A stretch of DNA of 64,000 bases. It comes from a bacterium. Lineage in GTDB: Bacteria; UBA8248. The DNA is taken from positions 2,592,001-2,656,000 of the forward strand of contig OY843592.1 of assembly GCA_963692865.2 (NCBI GenBank), given 5' to 3'. Shown in pieces: positions 42,674 to 50,828 of this stretch. The position numbers were made by a program, and so were the translations under genes. Below the pieces are notes generated by a model, which saw only the letters and a list, made by a program, of their open reading frames with translations, made no database searches and had not been told where the DNA came from. The first letter of the stretch is position 1; each line of letters opens with the position of its first letter.

Positions 42674-43735
42674 ATGGCATCCACGATGAAAGCAATGCGG
42701 CTTCATGAGCTGGGCGGCTCGTTTCAGCTGGAGGAGGTCCCGGTGCCCCAGCCGGGGCCGAACGACGCGCTGGTGCGCCTGAAGGCCACGGGCGTGGGCC
42801 TCACGCTGGTCATCATGCGCAATACGCCGGGCCTGGTGGATGAATACCCGAGAATCCTGGGGCACGAGATCGCGGGCGAGGTCGTCGAAGTAGGCTCCCA
42901 CGTCACGAACGTGGGCGCGGGCGATCACGTTACGTGCCATTTCTACCTCACCTGCCACAACTGCCGCTACTGCCGCAGCGGGCGCGAGACGCTCTGCGAG
43001 AATTTCCGGGGATACGTCGGCCTCGTCATGGACGGCGGCTACGCGGAATACGCCACCATCCCCGCCGTGAACCTGTGCAGGATTCCGGAGGGCGTGAGTT
43101 CGCTCGACGCCTGCGTGGCGGCGGACGCCATCTGCACGCCCTACCACAACTGCGTGGCCGAGGCGCAGATAAAACCCGGCGACGTGGTGGCTATCGTGGG
43201 CGCGGGCGGCGGCGTGGCGATCCACGCGGTGCAGATGGCCCAGGTGTGCGGCGGCCACGTGATCGGGATCGACGTGTCGGAGAAAAAGCTCGAAACCGTC
43301 TCCCGACTCGGCGCCTTCGCCACCCTGAACCCCGCGCAGACCGATACGGTGGAGGAAATCCTCGCGCTCACCGAAGGACGCGGGGTGGACGCCTACATCG
43401 ACTACGTGGCCACGCGCGAGACGCTCGAAGCGGGCGTGGCCAGCCTCGGCCGCGGCGGCAAGCTGGTGATCGTGGGCTACCGCCCGGCGGCGGCCTACAA
43501 CAACGTATCGCCCAACTTCACCGTGGACCCGCTCCAGTTCCTCACGTTCGCGCAGGAGATCCACGGCTCGCGCTATTGCTCGATGGAGGAACTCGGGCAA
43601 TCACTCATGCTGATTCAGCAGGGGAAGATCAAGCCCATCGTCACCGAGACCTTTTCGCTCGAGCAGACGGAAGACGCCTTTCAGGCGCTCATCGAGAACC
43701 GGGTGACCGGAAGGGCGGCGGTGGTGTTCGACTAG
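42674..43735 (+). CDS. Zinc-binding alcohol dehydrogenase family protein
   Basis: GHEIAG, CHNCRYC...C structural Zn site, GAGGGV. Confidence 0.88.
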   Translation: MASTMKAMRLHELGGSFQLEEVPVPQPGPNDALVRLKATGVGLTLVIMRNTPGLVDEYPRILGHEIAGEVVEVGSHVTNVGAGDHVTCHFYLTCHNCRYCRSGRETLCENFRGYVGLVMDGGYAEYATIPAVNLCRIPEGVSSLDACVAADAICTPYHNCVAEAQIKPGDVVAIVGAGGGVAIHAVQMAQVCGGHVIGIDVSEKKLETVSRLGAFATLNPAQTDTVEEILALTEGRGVDAYIDYVATRETLEAGVASLGRGGKLVIVGYRPAAAYNNVSPNFTVDPLQFLTFAQEIHGSRYCSMEELGQSLMLIQQGKIKPIVTETFSLEQTEDAFQALIENRVTGRAAVVFD

Positions 43736-43785
43736 CATTCACACGCGAAGACGCATTCGCATTCATACGATAAGGAGAAATCCAG

Positions 43786-44262
43786 ATGGTGGAAGCCGTG
43801 GACAAGGAAGTGATGGCCAAACAGGAGCGCCGCGTGCGGGCCACGCGCGCGGAAGGCTGCCGGGTGGAGTTAAAAGCGCGCAAGCACGCCTTCGTCGCCG
43901 ATGAGCCGGCGCAGGGCGGCGGGACCGACACCGGCCCCACGCCGCGCGAACTGGCGCTCGGCGCGCTTTCCGCCTGCATCACGGTCATCACGAACAAGGT
44001 GGCCGAGGGTCTCGACTTCAACGTGATCGCCCAGGAGGTCGAGGTTCGCGGCACGGCCGACCCCAGGGGCGCCAGGGACCCGGACAACGGCATCAGCCCG
44101 AACTTCGACTACGTGGAGGCGAAGATCCACCTGACAACGGACGAGCCCGACGAGCGCGTGGAGGAGCTCAAACGCCAGCATCACGGGCGTTGCCCCATCT
44201 CCGCGCTCTACCGCGAGAGTGGCTGCGAACTGGTGGAGGAATGGATCGTCAAGCGGCCCTGA
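43786..44262 (+). CDS. OsmC/Ohr family protein
   Basis: DEP..GG.DTGPTP.E, ALSAC, RCPI. Confidence 0.85.
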   Translation: MVEAVDKEVMAKQERRVRATRAEGCRVELKARKHAFVADEPAQGGGTDTGPTPRELALGALSACITVITNKVAEGLDFNVIAQEVEVRGTADPRGARDPDNGISPNFDYVEAKIHLTTDEPDERVEELKRQHHGRCPISALYRESGCELVEEWIVKRP

Positions 44263-44351
44263 GGGGAGTTGTTGAAAAAGTTCTCCAAGGGTAGTGATGT
44301 CTCGAAGAGCGCCGCCCAATGTGGGAAGGTGGTTTTGCTCCTCGTCTTTGA

Positions 44352-44381
44352 TCGTCATTCCGGCGAAAGCCGGAATGACGA
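44352..44381. repeat. Perfect CGTC-type REP hairpin
   Basis: TCGTCATTCCGGC-GAAA-GCCGGAATGACGA; preceded by a left TIR at 44265. Confidence 0.85.
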
Positions 44382-44428
44382 GCCAAGCAAGACCAAGATC
44401 GAGGTGGCGCGGCAAGCCGGACGTTATT

Positions 44429-44716
44429 TCAAACAATATCCTCATACAAATCAAGCCACTCCGGGTTCCCCTCCTCGATCAGTTCGAGCTTCCATGCCCG
44501 CCGCCAGTTTTTGATGCTCTTGTCACGAACAATCGCGCTCTCCATCGTTTCGTGGCTCTCATACCAGACCAAGGCGTGGACGCCGTAACGCTTCGTGAAA
44601 CTATTCGCCGAACCATTCTTATGTTGCCAGACTCTACGGAGGAGGTCGGACGTAACGCCGATATAGAGCGTGCCGCGACGCTCATTGGCGAGAATGTAGA
44701 CACAAGGCTGCTTCAT
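44429..44716 (-). CDS. Small stand-alone GIY-YIG nuclease
   Basis: CVYIL...LYIGVT.DL.RRV.QH, FTKRY, WKLELIE..NP.W.DL. Confidence 0.9.
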   Translation of the reverse strand: MKQPCVYILANERRGTLYIGVTSDLLRRVWQHKNGSANSFTKRYGVHALVWYESHETMESAIVRDKSIKNWRRAWKLELIEEGNPEWLDLYEDIV

Positions 44717-44741
44717 TTTTCCTGTTTTCTCGGTTTTTGAC

Positions 44742-44900
44742 CGTCATTCCGGCGAAAGCCGGAATCCATTCTGACTTTTGCCCCCGCCGCGCGGGTAGCC
44801 CCTCATTCTCTTCCCGCGCAGGCATTTCCGCCGCCGATCCCCATCAGAGGCTCTCGTCTGTGGCCAGGGAAAATGGATTCCGGCTTTCACCGGAATGACG
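44742..44900. repeat. CGTC-type REP inverted doublet upstream of the GIY-YIG gene
   Basis: CGTCATTCCGGCGAAAGCCGGAATCCA (44742-44768) and its reverse copy (44874-44900). Confidence 0.85.
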
Positions 44901-44981
44901 AACCTCAAGAACCGGGGCGAGAGGTACGGCAAGCCGAGATCGGGGAGTGGTGCGGTAAGCCGGGCCGCGGTTTTGTCGATC

Positions 44982-45425
44982 TTACTCCACCTTCGCCTTC
45001 ACGTTCTTTGCGAACTCGGCGAAAATCCTGTTCGCCTGGTTCTTGATGACGCTGAAGCCGAGCGAACCGAGTTTTCCGAACACGTCAACGCTCGAATCGA
45101 TGCGCACCCTGGTTTCGTTCTCGGAGAGGGCCTCGAGCGTCACCTCGTTTTTCTGCTTGAGGCTCGCCGCGATCTTCGAGTCCTTCCCCTCCCCCACCGT
45201 GCGGATGTACTCGGGCGCGCGCACTTCCTCGATGTTGACCTGAAGCTGAAAGCTCGCCTTCAGGAAACTGACCTTCTGCTCGACACGCACGCCGTAGGTC
45301 GCGTCGTCTATTTTCTCCACGTCCTTCACGCCGGGCACGCAGGCGGCGAACTCCTCGACCCGCCAGATGAAGTCCCACACCTTCTCCCGGGGGGCGGCGA
45401 CGGTAATCTCTTGGTTGAATTCCAT
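44982..45425 (-). CDS. CoxG/SRPBCC family protein
   Basis: APREKVWDF, ACVPG, GKLGSLG. Confidence 0.85.
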   Translation of the reverse strand: MEFNQEITVAAPREKVWDFIWRVEEFAACVPGVKDVEKIDDATYGVRVEQKVSFLKASFQLQVNIEEVRAPEYIRTVGEGKDSKIAASLKQKNEVTLEALSENETRVRIDSSVDVFGKLGSLGFSVIKNQANRIFAEFAKNVKAKVE

Positions 45426-45535
45426 GTCGTGTGTCCTTTTTGCTCGGTGTAACGCGAAATGATAATCGAACGAGGGTATGATTCTAGCAATACGAGAACT
45501 TTTACTCCACAGAGCCTTGGCCTTAAGGAACGACG

Positions 45536-46216
45536 ATGGCGGCCGAATCCCTCATCCTCTTCGCCAAACCGCCCCTGCCGGGCCGGGTGAAGACGCGCCT
45601 GGCCCGTAGCTTGGGACAGGAAGGCGCCGCGCGTCTTTATGCGTGTTTCCTGCGAGACGCCGCCGAGACGGCGCGCGCGATCGGCGAAGCAAGGCCCGGC
45701 GTCTCCCTCGTCTGCGAGTGGGCGCTTGAGCGCGGGGAATCGCTCGAAGATTTCCCCCTCACGGACTGGCTGCCCGGCGCCTTTCTCCACCGCGCGCAAA
45801 CGGGCGCGGACATCGGCGCGCGCATGTCGGCGGCTCTGGGGCGATGCCTCGCGGCCGGGGAGCGCGCGGTGCTCATCGGCACGGATTTTCCCGATCTGCC
45901 TCACGAGGTTCTTTTCGATGCGTTCGAAAATCTGACGAGTAAAGATGAACCGAGAATCACGCTAGGCCCCGCGGCGGACGGGGGCTACTACCTGATCGGG
46001 ATGAGCGGGTTCTTCCCCGAAATGTTCACCGGCATACCCTGGAGCACGAGCGAGGTACTCTCCCGTACAATGGAGAGAGCGGGCGCGCTCGGCATCGGGA
46101 TTTCCCTCCTCCCCGAGTGGCGCGACGTGGACGAGGCGGATGATCTGGAAGACCTGAAGCGCCGCCTCTCCCGTGACGACTCGCGCGCCCGGCATACGCG
46201 GGAATGCCTGCGCTGA
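45536..46216 (+). CDS. DUF2064/TIGR04282-family glycosyltransferase-like protein
   Basis: FAKPPLPGRVKTRLA, LIGTDFPDL, GPAADGGYYLIG, IPWST, DVDEADDL. Confidence 0.88.
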   Translation: MAAESLILFAKPPLPGRVKTRLARSLGQEGAARLYACFLRDAAETARAIGEARPGVSLVCEWALERGESLEDFPLTDWLPGAFLHRAQTGADIGARMSAALGRCLAAGERAVLIGTDFPDLPHEVLFDAFENLTSKDEPRITLGPAADGGYYLIGMSGFFPEMFTGIPWSTSEVLSRTMERAGALGIGISLLPEWRDVDEADDLEDLKRRLSRDDSRARHTRECLR

Positions 46217-46296
46217 TTCGCATCCAACGTTTGCGCCGCGCGGCTCAAGATGAAAGGATTGCGCGTCTGGTTCCGCCGAACGATGAGGGCAGCGCA

Positions 46297-46929
46297 TTGC
46301 CGAACCAATCCGTCGTAGAAGCCACTTACACCTATTGCGTCCACTGAGCCTGGTGCCTGATCGCGACCGGGCGGTTGCGAAATCTGACCGAGCGGGCGGG
46401 CGGGCGCCTCGCCGTCCGCTACCGCGCCTTTCTCCTCTCGCCCGAGCCGGATACCCGCCCGGCGCGCAAGGAGGCCATCATGGGCCACTGGACGATGGCG
46501 AAGAGCCACCCCGGCGGCGAGGGGATCAACCACGAACTCATGGCGCGCCGCGAATTCCCCTACCCCCATTCCACCCCCGGCGCTATCGCGATAAAAGCCT
46601 TCGCCGCCCAACTCCCCGAGCGCGAGGGAGAGTACCTCGAAGCCGTGGAGCGGACGCACCTGGTCGAGTGCAGGAACATCGACGACGCCGACGTGCTCGT
46701 TGCCGCCGCCGAGCGGCTGGGGGCGGAGCCCGCGATGATGCGCGAGGTCATGGCCGACCCGGATATGGAAAAGCGCGTCCGGGCGGATCACATCGAGGCC
46801 GTGAACGCAGGCGTACAGTCCACGCCCACGGTCGATTTTTCCGGCAGATACAGAATCACGGGCGCGCAGCCTATGGAGGTTTTCGTCAAAACCTTCGAGC
46901 GCGCCATGGCCGAGACTGCGGACGCCTAG
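46297..46929 (+). CDS. DsbA/FrnE-like thioredoxin-fold protein, predicted selenoprotein (UxxC)
   Basis: Extending ORF 46375 upstream gives TTG 46297 ...TYTYCVH-TGA-AWC-LIATGRL. The TGA (46345-46347) sits at the first Cys of the CPWC motif. C-terminal GVQSTPT cis-Pro motif. Confidence 0.8.
46361..46380 (+). promoter_or_regulatory. Putative bacterial SECIS hairpin
   Basis: TCGCGACC-GGGC-GGTTGCGA stem-loop; its G-initiated apical loop begins 21 nt after the in-frame UGA. Confidence 0.65.
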
Positions 46930-46936
46930 CCCCACC

Positions 46937-47833
46937 ATGCGCGAACGCCGGCGTCTCCGGGCAATCATACCCTTGTCGGCGGTGCTGTTGCTGACGGCGG
47001 GGTGCGAGAACGTCCGCGCCCTCTTCACCCCCTGGGAGAAAAAGGAGCCCGGGGCCCAATCCAACCCCCCTCAGAAGGAAAAAACGGAGGAGCCGCATTT
47101 TTTCCGCGTTTTGACGCTTCCCGACTACGGCACGGCGAAGGAGGCGTATGACAAGACGGCCATTCTCGGGATTCCCTTCCACAAGGTGGCCCGGGAGTTC
47201 AAGGAAAAAGCGGTCGCAATCCGCAATGCGCAGCCTTCCGAGTTGAGCGTCGGCGCGCGGGCCGAGGCGCGGGACTTGAAGCTCGGGGCGACGTCGGGAA
47301 TCATCGAATCGGACGAGGGGTTTTCGATTCTCCAGAAAACGACGAGCGCGCTTTATGAACGCGCCCTGAGGCTCATGGAGAAGAAAAGAGACGAGGCCGC
47401 GCTCGAGCTCATCCGCCGCGATCTGGAAATCAACCCCGGAAAGGTGGAGGCCTGGCTCGCCCTGGCGAAGATGATGGACGAGGCGGGCGACCCGGATGAG
47501 ACGCTCGCCGCTTACGAGAAGGCCCGCGAACTCGCCCCCGAGGACCCCGTCGTCTCCAACAGGTACGCCAAATACCTGGTCTCCCGGCGCCGCTACGAAG
47601 AGGCGGAAAAGGCGCTCCGGGCGGCGGAGAGATTATCGCCCGAAGACACAGGGGTTCTCCTGAACCTCGCCTCCCTGCTCGTCTACCTGAACAAGGAGCC
47701 GGATTTCGCATCGCGCCTCATCGAGCGCGGCTCACGGGGCGACCCCGGCCGCGAGGCGTGGTACCGCCTCTCGGGCGTGATCCGGAAAAGGCGGGAACTC
47801 GGCATCGCGCCGAAAGCGAAGGGGGTGAATTGA
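46937..47833 (+). CDS. Lipoprotein with a parvulin-like region and TPR repeats
   Basis: Lipobox LTAGC; LKLGATSGIIESDEGFSIL resembles a rotamase; TPR-like helices ending in xP. Confidence 0.7.
   Translation: MRERRRLRAIIPLSAVLLLTAGCENVRALFTPWEKKEPGAQSNPPQKEKTEEPHFFRVLTLPDYGTAKEAYDKTAILGIPFHKVAREFKEKAVAIRNAQPSELSVGARAEARDLKLGATSGIIESDEGFSILQKTTSALYERALRLMEKKRDEAALELIRRDLEINPGKVEAWLALAKMMDEAGDPDETLAAYEKARELAPEDPVVSNRYAKYLVSRRRYEEAEKALRAAERLSPEDTGVLLNLASLLVYLNKEPDFASRLIERGSRGDPGREAWYRLSGVIRKRRELGIAPKAKGVN
47763..47831 (+). repeat. 69-bp direct repeat, copy 1 (3' end of the TPR gene)
   Basis: 68/69 identical to 48810-48878. Confidence 0.9.
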
Positions 47834-47919
47834 GGGATCAAGCGCGCCCGAGAAGGGAGCGATTGCGCTTTTTGCGTAAGGACACAACCTGTTCTTACAA
47901 AAGGCGGTACGGTTTTGTT

Positions 47920-48218
47920 CGTCATTCCGGCGAAAGCCGGAATCCATTTGCGGATGCGGGTGAATGAACGGCGGCGTATCATTCCCCGCCGATGCGCAGG
48001 AACCCTGATGAAAGGCAAAAGGCATAAAAATGGATTCCGTCGAACCCTCCCGCCTTGGTCGGCTCCGACACAGGAATGACGGTGGTTTATCCGGAGCGGT
48101 TTAAGAAATTTCCAGGAACAAAAGATAGGCGACGAATACCGGGCGGACACGCCGCTCCGCCCCTACGGAACCCTGTTAATTGAATTGAAGACGTAGGGAC
48201 AGGCCCCTGTGCCTGTCC
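47920..48218. repeat. CGTC-REP doublet plus GTAG-REP pair
   Basis: CGTC units at 47920-47946 and 48031-48081 (loop expanded); GTAG units at 48141-48166 and 48193-48218. Confidence 0.8.
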
Positions 48219-48344
48219 GAAGTCGCAACCTGCGGGGCAGTCCCGGGGAGGAGCCGCAACTCCAAATGTTTGACATCAGATCCCAAAAAGGAATAATACG
48301 GAAATACCTGCCCCCGCCGTCCGGCGGGATTTAAGGGGAAAGCG

Positions 48345-48590
48345 ATGGCGCAGGGCATTATCGAGATCTTTGCGGAGTGGGATTCCGAGTCGCGCGTCTG
48401 GGTGGCGGAAAGCGAGGACGTGCCGGGGCTCGTAGCGGAAGCGCCCACGCCGGAGGAGTTGAATGAGAAGCTCCGCCTCCTCATTCCAGAACTGCTGGAG
48501 TTGAACGGCCATCTTCTGGACGGCGCCGCCCGGCCAAGACAGGCGAAAATGCGCTTCGGCGCGTTCGTGCAAGAAGTCCAGTTCGCCTGA
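48345..48590 (+). CDS. HicB-like antitoxin (DUF1902 type)
   Basis: AEWDSESRVWVAESEDVPGLVAEAPT.EEL...LIPELLELN; TTGACA-N16-AATAAT upstream at 48270-48297. Confidence 0.85.
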   Translation: MAQGIIEIFAEWDSESRVWVAESEDVPGLVAEAPTPEELNEKLRLLIPELLELNGHLLDGAARPRQAKMRFGAFVQEVQFA

Positions 48591-48593
48591 TCG

Positions 48594-48787
48594 GTGGGAA
48601 ATTACACGAGGAACTCAAGAAACTCCTGCGCGAGAACGGATGCTCCTTCGAGCGGCAGGGCTAGGGCGAGCATGAAATCTGCTACGGCCCGATAACATCA
48701 AAACGATTCCCTGTCGACAACGACATCAAGTCTCGCCACACGGCCAATGCGGTACTCAAACAAGCGGGTCTCGATAAAGCATTTTGA
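48594..48787 (+). pseudogene. HicA-family toxin pseudogene
   Basis: EELKKLLRENGCSFERQG*GEHEI...IKSRHTANAVLKQAGL; TAG at 48662-48664 and no canonical in-frame start. Confidence 0.8.
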
Positions 48788-48809
48788 ATGAACCTTGCGG
48801 TATGGCTTC

Positions 48810-48878
48810 ACCGCCTCTCGGGCGTGATCCGGAAAAGGCGGGAACTCGGCATCGCGCCGAAAGCGAAGGGTGTGAATT
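48810..48878 (+). repeat. 69-bp direct repeat, copy 2
   Basis: 68/69 identical to 47763-47831. Confidence 0.9.
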
Positions 48879-49108
48879 AGGGGGTTTAGAGGCGACCTTG
48901 CGCCTATAAATACGAGGCATAAAAAATCACTCCTCCCTTGGGGGCTGTTGAAAAGCCCTTGGCTCTGCGATTGGGCGTGTGGATATTGTCCGACCGGGAT
49001 GGGGAGAACCCGGGATGTCGGGACGCAGGAACTGCCCCTAACCGGAGAAACTCCCGCTTGGGTCCATGGCGGATGATCGACGCCTTGTCGAACCCTGTCG
49101 CGAAGCCT

Positions 49109-49765
49109 TTATTTGGCTTTTCCCGATTTATAGCTTATCAACTCTCCCGAGAAATCTCTCATTCTGGTCTTGTGCTCCCACTGATAAAACACGCTCGTCT
49201 TGAGAACGGGAGAAATGAACATATCCCTTTTGACGTACTCAGTCTCGCAGAAAATATGATAGGTATCGAAACTGCCCGCTGGCACGCTGACTCGAACCTG
49301 CTCCTTGACTTCACAATCCATTTTATTGCTCCAACTTCTGCCCGCGTTTCTGCCCGCGTCATTTGACCCCTTTGTTTCGTAGCGCCACTTCTTGCCGACT
49401 TTCAGGGGCCAGATTTCACCCTAGATCACTTTGATGGAGCCGGTTCCGCTGCTTCGCCTGCAATTCGTCCACTTCAGGGCTCGCACTGGAGCTCCTATGA
49501 AATCTGCATGGCTATCTATGGTGAAAATACAGCCTAGATTTGACTTGAAAGTAACCGTGGTTTCATCGGACGCCACGAGCGTCTGGGAGTAGTCGACTCG
49601 CCCTGTGCTCCAAGTTAATACGGTCCCGAGGGGCAATGTGGGCTTCGGCATCGGAGCGAGCGCGGCCGATACGGGCTTGATGTCGGCTCCCGACGCCGAT
49701 GGAGTATGGCCAAAGGCTCCGGTTGCGAATACGATCACGAGGCCTGCGACGATGATGCGTTTCAT
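49109..49765 (-). pseudogene. Exported hypothetical protein split by one in-frame TAG
   Basis: ORFs 49421-49765 and 49109-49321 are in the same frame. Read-through gives ...SIKVI*GEIWPLKVGKKWRY...VSVPAGSFDTY. Signal peptide and AGGAG RBS present. Confidence 0.7.
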
Positions 49766-50138
49766 GGAGCGACTCCTTTCTCGGTTAAAAATCCCGGACC
49801 GGGCAAGGCGACATCCCGGGTTCGAATTGACTGGTCATCCCTCGGCGTGATGGCCGCCCGCATTGCGGCGTCTCTCATGGACGAAACTCCTCCCCTTTTG
49901 CGGAGCATGTCGGCCGTATGAGTATCTCGGTCTCTCCCGCTTGTCGTCGACCTCCTGGCGCTCTGCGGGCAGCCCGAAACGGTTCGGCTTCTGTGGCTTT
50001 TGCGATGAATATGATGAGCGGGCATGGCTCCCGGCTTGTCAAACACGAGTGGATGGGCGGGGAGGCCGTCGTTTGAAGACGGCGGGCGAGGAATCGCCCC
50101 CTCGTGTCTTTCTTGCTCTCGGCAAACTTTCCCTCATC

Positions 50139-50498
50139 GGGGCTGTTGAAAAAGTCGGAGAGAGACAATTTGTTTGCAGGGGCCGCATGATATGTCAGCC
50201 ATATATGTCTAACCTACAATGCTATCGCGTTTTGCGTAGCAGGACAGGCACGGAGGCCTGTCCCTACGGTAGGCGGTGTTCTCTTCTCGGTACCCACGGC
50301 GAATTTGGTTTTCGTTCGTCATTCCGGCGAAAGCCGGAATCCATTTGCGGGTGCGGGTGAATGAACGGCGGCGTTTCATTCCCCGCCGATGCGCAAGAAC
50401 CCTGACGAAAGGCAAAAGGCGTAAAAATGGATTCCGGCTTTCGCCGGAATGACGGCGGTGGTTAATTCCGAACGAGGAGGGGCTTTTTCAACAACCCC
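50139..50498. mobile_element. 360-bp MITE-like element with REP cargo (no matching TSD)
   Basis: Ends GGGGCTGTTGAAAAA and TTTTTCAACAACCCC; GTAG REPs at 50176-50267; CGTC pair at 50317-50343 and 50428-50454. Confidence 0.7.
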
Positions 50499-50597
50499 TT
50501 GAGGGTCGGACTTCCCGAGGGGAATGGCCGACGGCAAGGCAAGGACGAAATCCGTTGCCGCGCCGCTAGGGAGAGCTTTTGATTTTCTTAGAATCGT

Positions 50598-50707
50598 CCC
50601 CCCACCGATTCGCTTGCGGGCTTGCGCCCTTAGCTCATCGACTCCCCCTCAAGGGGGGAGTGATTCTTCCTATCTCCTTGGCTGCCAATCCCCCTCAAGG
50701 GGGGAGT
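50598..50707. repeat. Family D palindromes
   Basis: CCCCCACCGA...CGACTCCCCCTCAAGGGGGGAGTG matches about 37783-37848; a second partial hairpin runs to 50707. Confidence 0.8.
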
Positions 50708-50828
50708 AATTTGCAAGCAGTCATCCCCTCCCCCCTTGGCCCCCCGCGCTCTTATGCGTCATAATGCCGCCATTCTCGAAGCACGCGAAGTTTCAAGCTG
50801 AACCGCTAAATCATGAGAGGGCAACCGC

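Noticed and set aside
43786-44262. OsmC protein as a second selenoprotein
   Set aside because: Both catalytic positions are ordinary Cys codons; no in-frame TGA.
48662-49423. Genome-wide TAG reassignment
   Set aside because: TAG terminates conserved genes at their expected ends here (xerD, rpsT, nusB, rpsO, hisS).
49762-50046. 94-aa minus-strand ORF upstream of the exported-protein gene
   Set aside because: No recognisable motif or convincing RBS; probably non-coding leader sequence.
38098-50138. TCATC after the right end at 38097 and before the left end at 50139 as a shared TSD
   Set aside because: The ends face outward and are 12 kb apart across core genes; a 5-bp match could be chance.
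44265-50498. A 6-kb composite element from the left TIR at 44265 to the right TIR at 50498
   Set aside because: The flanks match (TGAGG) only with a 1-bp offset, and two other left ends intervene.
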